Sequence record: NC_031120.1
DNA length: 64,000 nucleotides
Direction: 5' to 3' (one strand)
Made by a program: the position numbers and the translations under genes. Positions 1 through 6,333 of this stretch are shown piece after piece. Positions within the stretch are counted from its first letter, which is position 1. Each line of letters begins with the position of its first letter. Under the pieces are notes generated by a model that made no database searches, was not told the origin of the DNA, and was given only the letters and a program-made list of their open reading frames with translations.

Positions 1-498
1 ATGACCACGATTGCGTTCGACGGCAACATGCTTGCTGCCGATTCCCAAACCACGCAAGGCGATTATCGGTTGTCTCTGCACGCCCAGAAAATTTTCCAGC
101 CTGCGGTTGGGGAGAACTGGCGGGTGATGGGTCAGCGCGTCGTCGCCTATGGCGTTGCCGGTACTCTCCAGGGGTGGCATTACCTTCGGGAGGCATTGTC
201 CGGGTTCAATGGCCTGTGCGTGAACACCACCTTCCCAAAAGGCGTGGTGGTGAGTTACTTGGTCGTCACCGAGGACGGTGAGGTCTACGCCGGGGGTCAG
301 TACGAGAACGACAACGTCGCCTGGCTGACCAAAGTCAGTGCACCGATTGCCGTTGGTAGCGGTGCGGAGTTCGCCATGGGTGCGATGGCACAAGGCGCTT
401 CCGCTGCACAAGCCGTGGAAATCGCTGCTCGGTTCGATGTCAATACCGGCGGGGCTGTCCAGGTATTACACCCGGTCAAAAGTCCAATTACAGATTAA
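1..498 (+). CDS. Ntn-hydrolase (HslV/proteasome beta-like) peptidase
   Basis: N-terminus MTTIAFDG..LAADSQ (Thr nucleophile exposed after Met removal) and a GSG-x-x-A-x-G-A motif near the C-terminus. Confidence 0.7.
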   Translation: MTTIAFDGNMLAADSQTTQGDYRLSLHAQKIFQPAVGENWRVMGQRVVAYGVAGTLQGWHYLREALSGFNGLCVNTTFPKGVVVSYLVVTEDGEVYAGGQYENDNVAWLTKVSAPIAVGSGAEFAMGAMAQGASAAQAVEIAARFDVNTGGAVQVLHPVKSPITD

Positions 499-546
499 CC
501 CAGTGCTATGCTGAGAGGCGCACGTTGGTTTCTCTGAAAGAATTTC

Positions 547-623
547 GGGGGTATGGCGCAATTGGCTAGCGCAGTGGATTCCAAATCCGAAGGTTCAGGG
601 TTCAAGTCCTTGTGCCCCCGCCA
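547..623 (+). tRNA. trnW: tRNA-Trp (CCA)
   Basis: Acceptor GGGGGTA/TGCCCCC, anticodon loop TT-CCA-AA, T-loop TTCAAGT, encoded CCA. Confidence 0.93.
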
Positions 624-872
624 CTTTCCAATCGCTCGATGACCCGGTTATCCATCTGGCCCGAGTGAACAACACCGCATAGCCGCAAGGCGTGAGTGAT
701 GGATTGGAAAAGCAGATGGCAGAAGTTAAAATTATAACGGGACGTAACGGTGTGCAGTACGCCGAGCGTAACGGGGCAGTCTGTCGGTTAGACATGCCCA
801 AAAAAGCATTTAGCCAACAGGTAAGCGAGTCACCGCGGACGACACAAATTTGTCAATCGGCGGAGAATCCTC

Positions 873-1094
873 ATGAACCTGTATTTGCTAGAACGACTGG
901 ACGACGTCGGTTACGACGAGTTTGATTCCATAGTCGTTGCCGCACCTACGGTGCAGGCCGCGTGTGCAATTCGTCCACGAGGCGGATGGATACCAGACAA
1001 CCAAGCCGAAGACGGGGTTACCCTGAGGATAGCGTTGATAGGTACAACTCATCTGCCCACTGGCATCGTTCACACGTCGTTCAACGCAGGCTGA
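873..1094 (+). CDS. small phage hypothetical protein
   Basis: 73-aa ORF (MNLYLLERLDDVGYDEFDSIVVAA), GGAG upstream, followed by a UUCG hairpin. Confidence 0.6.
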   Translation: MNLYLLERLDDVGYDEFDSIVVAAPTVQAACAIRPRGGWIPDNQAEDGVTLRIALIGTTHLPTGIVHTSFNAG

Positions 1095-1100
1095 ATAAAC

Positions 1101-1118
1101 GGCGAACTTCGGTTCGCC
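1101..1118 (+). other. stable hairpin (processing or termination) just upstream of tRNA-Cys
   Basis: GGCGAAC-TTCG-GTTCGCC; no U-tract. Confidence 0.6.
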
Positions 1119-1122
1119 AACC

Positions 1123-1198
1123 GGGACAATGGCTCGAGCGGTAAGGCGAGTGATTGCAAATCACTTTCAGGTCGGTTCGAATCCGGCTTGTCCCTCCA
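1123..1198 (+). tRNA. trnC: tRNA-Cys (GCA)
   Basis: Acceptor GGGACAA/TTGTCCC, anticodon arm AGTGA-TTGCAAA-TCACT, T-loop TTCGAAT, CCA. Confidence 0.95.
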
Positions 1199-1337
1199 AC
1201 ACATCTCGCCCGATGTGAATCTCTAAACAATAAAAACCCGTAGAGCCTTTCGGGGGTGTAGCTAGTAGGAGTGTTTGTGCACTCTACGGTCTTTCACTCC
1301 TGGGCGCTGGCTCACCCACCCAAAGGAAAATTGAATC

Positions 1338-1763
1338 ATGTTTAGTATCTTCAAAAAACGCGCTAACCGTGCTATGTCCGAAATCAAAAAATTCGACAAA
1401 CGCGACCTGGCTGAAGCCGTGGTTAACGCCGCTTACCTGATTGCTTACGCAGACGGCGAGCTGGAATCTTCTGAGAAAGCGAAAATCGATCAGGTGCTGC
1501 GCGCTAACCCAGTTCTCTCTAACTTCCAGTCTGAGCTGAACTCTATCGCCTCCACCATCATCGCCCAGCTGGAAGCGGACATCGATATCGGCCGCCGTGC
1601 TGCTCTGCGTCAGATTGCTGACGTGAAAGGCGACCAGCGCGAATGTGAAGACGTCCTGGACGTTGCAGTGGCTATTGCCCGTGCTGATGGCGAAATCGAA
1701 CCGGCTGAAGAAGCGATGCTGAAACAGATCGCCGAAGCGCTTGGCCTGCGTTACGACGCCTAA
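1338..1763 (+). CDS. terB: TerB-family (tellurite resistance B-like) protein
   Basis: A-A-x-L-I-A-x-ADG-x-x-x-x-x-E motif and C-terminal A-x-A-DG-E-I-x-x-x-E-x-x-x-L-x-x-I-A-x-x-LG; AAGGA RBS. Confidence 0.85.
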   Translation: MFSIFKKRANRAMSEIKKFDKRDLAEAVVNAAYLIAYADGELESSEKAKIDQVLRANPVLSNFQSELNSIASTIIAQLEADIDIGRRAALRQIADVKGDQRECEDVLDVAVAIARADGEIEPAEEAMLKQIAEALGLRYDA

Positions 1764-1766
1764 GCC

Positions 1767-1946
1767 ATGAAGCTGAAAACCAAGCTGTACATCGCGGCCG
1801 CACTGTTACTGATGTTGCTTGGCAACTTCGTAGGCAGGGCATTCACGTTGCTTGCCTACTTAGCTGTAATCGGCGTGGTAGCATATCTGGTGTGGCCACT
1901 CATTAAGACTTACGCTGCCAAGGCAAAAGCCAAGGTCAAGTCTTAG
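1767..1946 (+). CDS. 59-aa membrane protein with two hydrophobic helices (absent from ORF track)
   Basis: MKLKTKLYIAAALLLMLLGNFVGRAFTLLAYLAVIGVVAYLVWPLIKTYAAKAKAKVKS; starts 3 nt after the terB stop. Confidence 0.7.
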   Translation: MKLKTKLYIAAALLLMLLGNFVGRAFTLLAYLAVIGVVAYLVWPLIKTYAAKAKAKVKS

Positions 1947-1955
1947 TGAGCTTAG

Positions 1956-1977
1956 TGGGGAGGTCGTTCCCTCCCCA
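1956..1977 (+). terminator. GC-rich hairpin after the membrane-protein gene
   Basis: TGGGGAGG/CCTCCCCA stem followed by pyrimidine-rich sequence. Confidence 0.5.
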
Positions 1978-2010
1978 TTGTTCCATTCTCTTTTAAAAAT
2001 AATAGGTACA

Positions 2011-2847
2011 ATGATGAGAAAGGTTCTTTTTGGTTTGTTAGCAGCACTGAGCTTCACAGCGATGGCTGGGCAGGACGTGGTCATTACCACGGGGCAGCAA
2101 GGACTGACGTACAACTCAGTCTACGGGGTAAACCTGGCAGGGGCGCTGAATGAGTTCGGCAATACGGCCCGTGTCATTCCGTCTAAGGGGTCTTCGGACA
2201 ACCTGGATAAGATTTCAAGCGGTGAAGCCCAGATCGGGTTCACGCAAGCTGATGCCTTCCAGTTCTGGCGTCAGCAACATCCGAACGAAGCGCAGAAGGT
2301 TGACATCGTTGGTCAGCTGGGACGCGAGTGCGTTTGGGTCGCCGTCAAGAAAGACGGTAAGATTAGTTCAGCTGGGGATTTGACCAACGGTGCGAAGATT
2401 GCCGTCGGTGACCCTGACTCTGGCTCATACGCCAGTTGGCAGTATCTCCAGTTGCTGGTTAAAGAATACTCGAAAGCTGAAACCTACGCTAAAGGTGGCA
2501 TTCGTTCCCTGTCCAAAGTAGCGACGGGTGAGTACGATGCGTTCCTCTGGGTATCGGCTCCGGGTAAAAGCAACAAATTCCTCGATGCGGTTAATCAAGA
2601 AAGCTCCGGCTTGAAGCTGATTGACATGAGCACCTGGAACGTCAACGACAAACTGCCTAACGGCCAGTCGGTCTACACCAAAGAATCTGCTGAGACTGAC
2701 CAGTCTGCGTTCTTCGGTAAGAAGGTTGATGTTCCTTGCACCACCACGCTGGTTGTAGCCAACACAGACGCCGGTGATGATCTGCTCGAAACCGTCTCGA
2801 CCATTCTCCTCAAAAACACCTCGCGTGTCATGGGGACGAAGAAGTAG
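2011..2847 (+). CDS. TAXI-family TRAP solute-binding protein (periplasmic)
   Basis: Signal peptide, then TG..G.TY, S.GS.DNL..I..GEAQIG..QAD and KIAVG...SGS motifs; start placed at ATG 2011. Confidence 0.85.
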   Translation: MMRKVLFGLLAALSFTAMAGQDVVITTGQQGLTYNSVYGVNLAGALNEFGNTARVIPSKGSSDNLDKISSGEAQIGFTQADAFQFWRQQHPNEAQKVDIVGQLGRECVWVAVKKDGKISSAGDLTNGAKIAVGDPDSGSYASWQYLQLLVKEYSKAETYAKGGIRSLSKVATGEYDAFLWVSAPGKSNKFLDAVNQESSGLKLIDMSTWNVNDKLPNGQSVYTKESAETDQSAFFGKKVDVPCTTTLVVANTDAGDDLLETVSTILLKNTSRVMGTKK

Positions 2848-2849
2848 TT

Positions 2850-3460
2850 CAGAACTACGGTGCACGTCTGAGCCTGGTACCGTGGGCAACATCTTCTCAG
2901 GTGGGCTGGTATCCCACCTGAAACGGTAATAGCAGAGACCCAGCGCATACCCGTAAGCCGTTGGTAGCCGGTTACATAAAGCACTATCCTTTCGAGGGTA
3001 GGTAACTGACCGTTCACACTCTTACTCGATGAGCGTACTTATATATGCAAGGACTAATTGAGTTGGTACGTAAGCTCGTCCATTCGCTTAAAGCGTTTTG
3101 GCGGGACTGCCGACACTGGTCACTTGCTCATTACTGGCTTACAGGCGGTGGGAAGTCCCGTGAGGGTTCCCGATACAGACATCTTCCTGCGTGGAATTAT
3201 ATGTCCGTTTCGGACAGGCCAGCACCGGACTGCTAATCCGCCTTGCTAACGCCTGTAATACTACAATCTGATATCCTTTAATGGGATTAAGTTCCCAGTG
3301 CGATAGAGCGGCTGTGTGCCGTTGAGATTACGATTCCTGCGGGAGCAACCGTAACTCGAAAGTAATGTGATAGCGGGTGGTGCTTGGAGAGGTTCAGACC
3401 GGAGGATACTCTGGCTCAACCGAAGAAGTCCATCACCCGCATTCTCACCAAAAGTCCTTT
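2850..3460 (+). ncRNA. candidate large structured non-coding RNA, family unassigned
   Basis: No credible ORF; many 6-10 bp stems containing G-U pairs, with UUCG/GUGA loops (see findings). Boundaries and strand approximate. Confidence 0.5.
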
Positions 3461-3618
3461 TACAGATTTATTCCCTATATATGTCGATGATAACAAAGCG
3501 AATTCTAACGAATGAGTTTTCTTTGTTATATGTCGGGGTACCGGTTAAGGTTATATATTGCGTTCTGCTGCGTGCGGTTGCGAATAAACTACAACCGGTG
3601 CTCCGGCACCCGTACAAT

Positions 3619-3703
3619 GGCAGATTACTCAAGCGGCAACGAGAGCAGACTGTAAATCTGTGGCCTTCGGGCTTCGTAGGTTCGAGTCCTTCATCTGCCA
3701 CCA
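3619..3703 (+). tRNA. trnY: tRNA-Tyr (GTA)
   Basis: Acceptor GGCAGAT/ATCTGCC, anticodon CT-GTA-AA, long variable arm, CCA. Confidence 0.95.
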
Positions 3704-3711
3704 CTTACCAC

Positions 3712-3787
3712 TCTCCCGTCATCTAGAGGCCCAGGATACGACACTTTCACTGTCGGTACACGAGTTCGAATCTCGTCGGGAGAACCA
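3712..3787 (+). tRNA. trnE: tRNA-Glu (TTC)
   Basis: Acceptor TCTCCCG/CGGGAGA, CGACA-CTTTCAC-TGTCG, CCA. Confidence 0.95.
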
Positions 3788-3790
3788 TTT

Positions 3791-3867
3791 AGGACTGTAG
3801 TTCAGCTGGTTAGAATACTTGCCTGTCACGCAAGTGGTCGCGGGTTCGATTCCCGTCAGTCCTGCCA
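3791..3867 (+). tRNA. trnD: tRNA-Asp (GTC)
   Basis: Acceptor AGGACTG/CAGTCCT, CTTGC-CTGTCAC-GCAAG, CCA. Confidence 0.95.
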
Positions 3868-3872
3868 TACCT

Positions 3873-3962
3873 GGAGAATTGACCGAGAGGCCGAAAGTGC
3901 TCCCCTGCTAAGGGAGTGGTGGCGAAAGCTGCCCGTGCGTTCGAATCGCACATTCTCCGCCA
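3873..3962 (+). tRNA. trnS: tRNA-Ser (GCT)
   Basis: Acceptor GGAGAAT/ATTCTCC, CTCCC-CTGCTAA-GGGAG, long variable arm, G73, CCA. Confidence 0.95.
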
Positions 3963-3968
3963 CACAGC

Positions 3969-4046
3969 GGACGTGACCTTCTGAAAAGCACCCGGCGGGT
4001 GGTTAGAGTAAGAATCAGTTCTGCCTTAAATGGCAAGCGTCCACCA
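3969..4046 (+). ncRNA. tRNA-sized, ACCA-ended element without a canonical anticodon loop
   Basis: GGACGT/GCGTCC acceptor-like stem followed by ACCA; T-arm-like TGCC-TTAAAT-GGCA. Confidence 0.4.
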
Positions 4047-4052
4047 CACAAT

Positions 4053-4118
4053 GGTTTCTCCCAGTCGGCCTGGGGTCGTCTATAATGGACGAAGTTGGTT
4101 CGAATCCAGCAGAAACAA
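4053..4118 (+). pseudogene. degenerate tRNA (pseudo-tRNA, nominal anticodon TAA)
   Basis: GTTTCT/AGAAAC acceptor, TCGTC/GACGA anticodon stem, canonical T-arm GTTGG-TTCGAAT-CCAGC, no CCA. Confidence 0.5.
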
Positions 4119-4119
4119 G

Positions 4120-4191
4120 AACAACGCTGTTAAGTTGGTTAACACTCGACTCATAATCGAATATTCGCTGGTTCGATTCCAGCCGTTGTTC
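4120..4191 (+). tRNA. tRNA with CAT anticodon (Met or lysidine-Ile); CCA not encoded
   Basis: AACAACG/CGTTGTT acceptor, GTTA/TAAC D-stem, CT-CAT-AA loop, GCTGG-TTCGATT-CCAGC. Confidence 0.85.
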
Positions 4192-4200
4192 GCTCTTTCA

Positions 4201-4276
4201 GACCTTGTAGTTCAGTTGGTAGAACGGTGGACTGTTAATCCATATGTCGCAGGTTCGAGTCCTGCCAGGGTCGCCA
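4201..4276 (+). tRNA. trnN: tRNA-Asn (GTT)
   Basis: GACCTTG/CAGGGTC acceptor, GTGGA-CTGTTAA-TCCAT, CCA. Confidence 0.95.
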
Positions 4277-4281
4277 CATTT

Positions 4282-4416
4282 TGTATTGCCCTTGTCCCGG
4301 AGACATTCCTAAGACAAATCCATCCATGGTCGGGGGCAGTACAGAACCAAATACCGGTCATCGCATCTATTGCCGCCTACCCTGCATGGGCTGCTCCTGG
4401 GATGCGGTGACTGGTA
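4282..4416 (+). ncRNA. candidate structured RNA at the 3' end of the tRNA array
   Basis: 10-bp and 16-bp stems containing G-U pairs, followed by a U-tract near 4433-4440. Confidence 0.4.
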
Positions 4417-4551
4417 CCATCTTTACCCGTTAGTTTTTTTCTTTCAATCTAAATAAGCCTGGTGCGAAGGTTACCAATGGACTGACGGGTAGAGCCCTAG
4501 CGGGGGATAAGCCGCTAACAACAACAGAAATAGCAATAGAAGGAAAGTCCG

Positions 4552-5064
4552 ATGTTTACAGTACAACGTATCGTCAAAGGTACCCGCTGTCCTATCGACC
4601 TGGAAGAACCGGCACTCGGTGACCGCGATTCCGATGTGTTTAAGGAAGCGATGAAACTGGCACAGGAATCCATCGACATGCAAAATGCAAATGTCCTGAT
4701 GGATACCAACCTGGCCGGTGCCCGCGAGATAATCGCGATGCAGGAGAAGATGCATTCTCCTGAAGGCGTGGACGAAGAAACCGCCCATGACTTTTGCCGT
4801 GAATTTACCGCAGTGGATTTAGAGTTCCATTACGACGACTCCAAACCTGAACAGCAGCCACAACAGGCTGTCCTGTTAGGGTCACGTCAAGGCACCCGTT
4901 CTCTGGACGAAGCCATTGGGGTATTGTCGTACGAACTCGAACCTCGCCGCAGTGAGGAGAACCCCGAAGTGTACGTGCAAGCGTCACGCTACGAGTTCTT
5001 CTATCCAGGGGACCAGGTCTACGTAACGAACCGTTACGGTAAGACGGTCGATTCCCTGCGTTAA
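4552..5064 (+). CDS. hypothetical protein
   Basis: 170-aa ORF with AAGGA RBS and normal codon usage. Confidence 0.75.
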   Translation: MFTVQRIVKGTRCPIDLEEPALGDRDSDVFKEAMKLAQESIDMQNANVLMDTNLAGAREIIAMQEKMHSPEGVDEETAHDFCREFTAVDLEFHYDDSKPEQQPQQAVLLGSRQGTRSLDEAIGVLSYELEPRRSEENPEVYVQASRYEFFYPGDQVYVTNRYGKTVDSLR

Positions 5065-5206
5065 CCGAATCAACCCGCTCGTTGATACCTGATACTGTTG
5101 GAGCGACCCACTCCTGCCTGAAACCAGTATCGTTGCAGTGCTCTTGAAAGCCACCCAGGTACGCCCTGCCCCGTTTGGGGCAGGGATGTATCCTATATTT
5201 TTTTGG

Positions 5207-5225
5207 ATATATATCATCTTGGTGA
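5207..5225 (+). promoter_or_regulatory. phage early-promoter-like motif
   Basis: ATATATATCATCTTGGTGA, one of seven copies of a shared intergenic motif. Confidence 0.55.
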
Positions 5226-5271
5226 GATTACAATTCGGTAATCATTTAACGTTTAATCATGGAGTTCAATT

Positions 5272-6264
5272 ATGTCCCACATCATCGCCGCATCCGCTAT
5301 CGGCACCCTGATGAGTTTCGGTTATACCGAAGCCGAAGCTAAACGCATCCGTGGCTTCATGCCGCGTCGTTTCCAATTGATGGGCCAAGTGTTACCGTTG
5401 ACGAACATCGAAGCCTGGTTAGCTTACCGCGCCGTTAAGCACTACATTCAGCAGACGAATGAACGCGGTCGCTTCCACATGCAATTCACCAGTGGCTACC
5501 TCAACATGATGCCACATGAGAAAATGAAGTACACCTCCCCGAACTGGGAAGTGGAGTTCAGTACCCGTGAGTTCGTTCGTCACTTCGGTGATGCATTATA
5601 CACGGACATGAACGAAGAGGCGGGACATCGCATTATCCGCCTGAACGAGGATGGTTCCTTTATCATTAAGAACCGTCGTCTGGAACAACTGCTGCGGGAA
5701 ATGGAAGGGCGTGAGTATCGCCGTGGTGTACAAGTCAGCACCTCGGTATACACGAACAGTGTCGCCGGTGATTTGCACTTACCGAAGGACGAACACTACA
5801 GCGCTCGTGATATCCGCACAATGTTCTATCACGGTAAGTTGGCAAAAGAGTACGCACGTCAACCGGACGGCACGCTGTTACCACGTACTGGACTCGACCA
5901 CCACGAGGTGGCGAAATATCTGCATTTTCTTTATAACGAACTGCTGGCAGGTAAGGAGCACGGTTCGCTGTTCCATAGCGAACGTATTACCATCCAGTCC
6001 GTAATGAATTCCCGTAGCCCGTTCGGCTATTCGCAAATAATCGGACACCTGGGCAACGTCGTCTATTTCTCAGACGGGACGTTAATCACGATGGAAAGCG
6101 TGATGACTAACGTAACGACCATGCCGATGTCGGCATTCAATGCGTGGACTAACACTGTTGCCATGGATATGGCTCGTATCCCAATGAACGGCCATGTAAT
6201 CGAAACACCGGTCATTCCCGTCACCATGAAAGACTACTTCACTGTGGAAGAGTGGAGAGCATAA
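5272..6264 (+). CDS. hypothetical protein
   Basis: 330-aa ORF, GGAG RBS, terminator downstream. Confidence 0.8.
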   Translation: MSHIIAASAIGTLMSFGYTEAEAKRIRGFMPRRFQLMGQVLPLTNIEAWLAYRAVKHYIQQTNERGRFHMQFTSGYLNMMPHEKMKYTSPNWEVEFSTREFVRHFGDALYTDMNEEAGHRIIRLNEDGSFIIKNRRLEQLLREMEGREYRRGVQVSTSVYTNSVAGDLHLPKDEHYSARDIRTMFYHGKLAKEYARQPDGTLLPRTGLDHHEVAKYLHFLYNELLAGKEHGSLFHSERITIQSVMNSRSPFGYSQIIGHLGNVVYFSDGTLITMESVMTNVTTMPMSAFNAWTNTVAMDMARIPMNGHVIETPVIPVTMKDYFTVEEWRA

Positions 6265-6267
6265 TCC

Positions 6268-6298
6268 AGAAGCACCCTACGGGGTGCTTTCTTTTTTT
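6268..6298 (+). terminator. intrinsic terminator
   Basis: AAGCACCC-TACG-GGGTGCTT followed by a T run. Confidence 0.85.
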
Positions 6299-6333
6299 AC
6301 TGTTAAGCGTGCATCTTATAGGAGGACGCCCAG

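Noticed and set aside
692-925. 77-aa ORF between tRNA-Trp and the 873 ORF
   Set aside because: Weak RBS, starts inside the folded tRNA trailer and overlaps the next gene by 53 nt. Not excluded, but unsupported
1255-1270. TGTAGCTA resembling a SAM-II riboswitch; theta (HDV-like) ribozyme topology for the terB leader
   Set aside because: The SAM-II pairing partner is absent; there is no P3/L3 element and the helix does not begin at the tRNA 3' end
3149-3308. RNase P-like words (GGGAAGTCC, CAGTGCGATAGAG) in the large RNA candidate
   Set aside because: Spacing is too long and there is no downstream CR-V/P4 partner; the only good complement (CGGGACT at 3102) lies upstream. Left as a hypothesis for cmscan
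2930-3450. Group I intron or tmRNA interpretation of the same region
   Set aside because: Partial P/Q/R/S look-alikes are not in a consistent order and there are no flanking exons; no T-arm precedes the ACCA and there is no Ala acceptor stem
3045-3726. ORFs 3045-3236, 3058-3249, 3367-3726 and 3468-3704, plus 4030-4410 nearby
   Set aside because: They overlap tRNAs or structured RNA, lack an RBS and have atypical composition
4081-4086. TATAAT sigma70 -10 box
   Set aside because: No -35 element at a suitable spacing; it lies in the loop of the pseudo-tRNA
5088-5124. Hammerhead-like CTGA...GAAAC
   Set aside because: The core reads CTGATAC rather than CTGANGA, and stems II and III do not form
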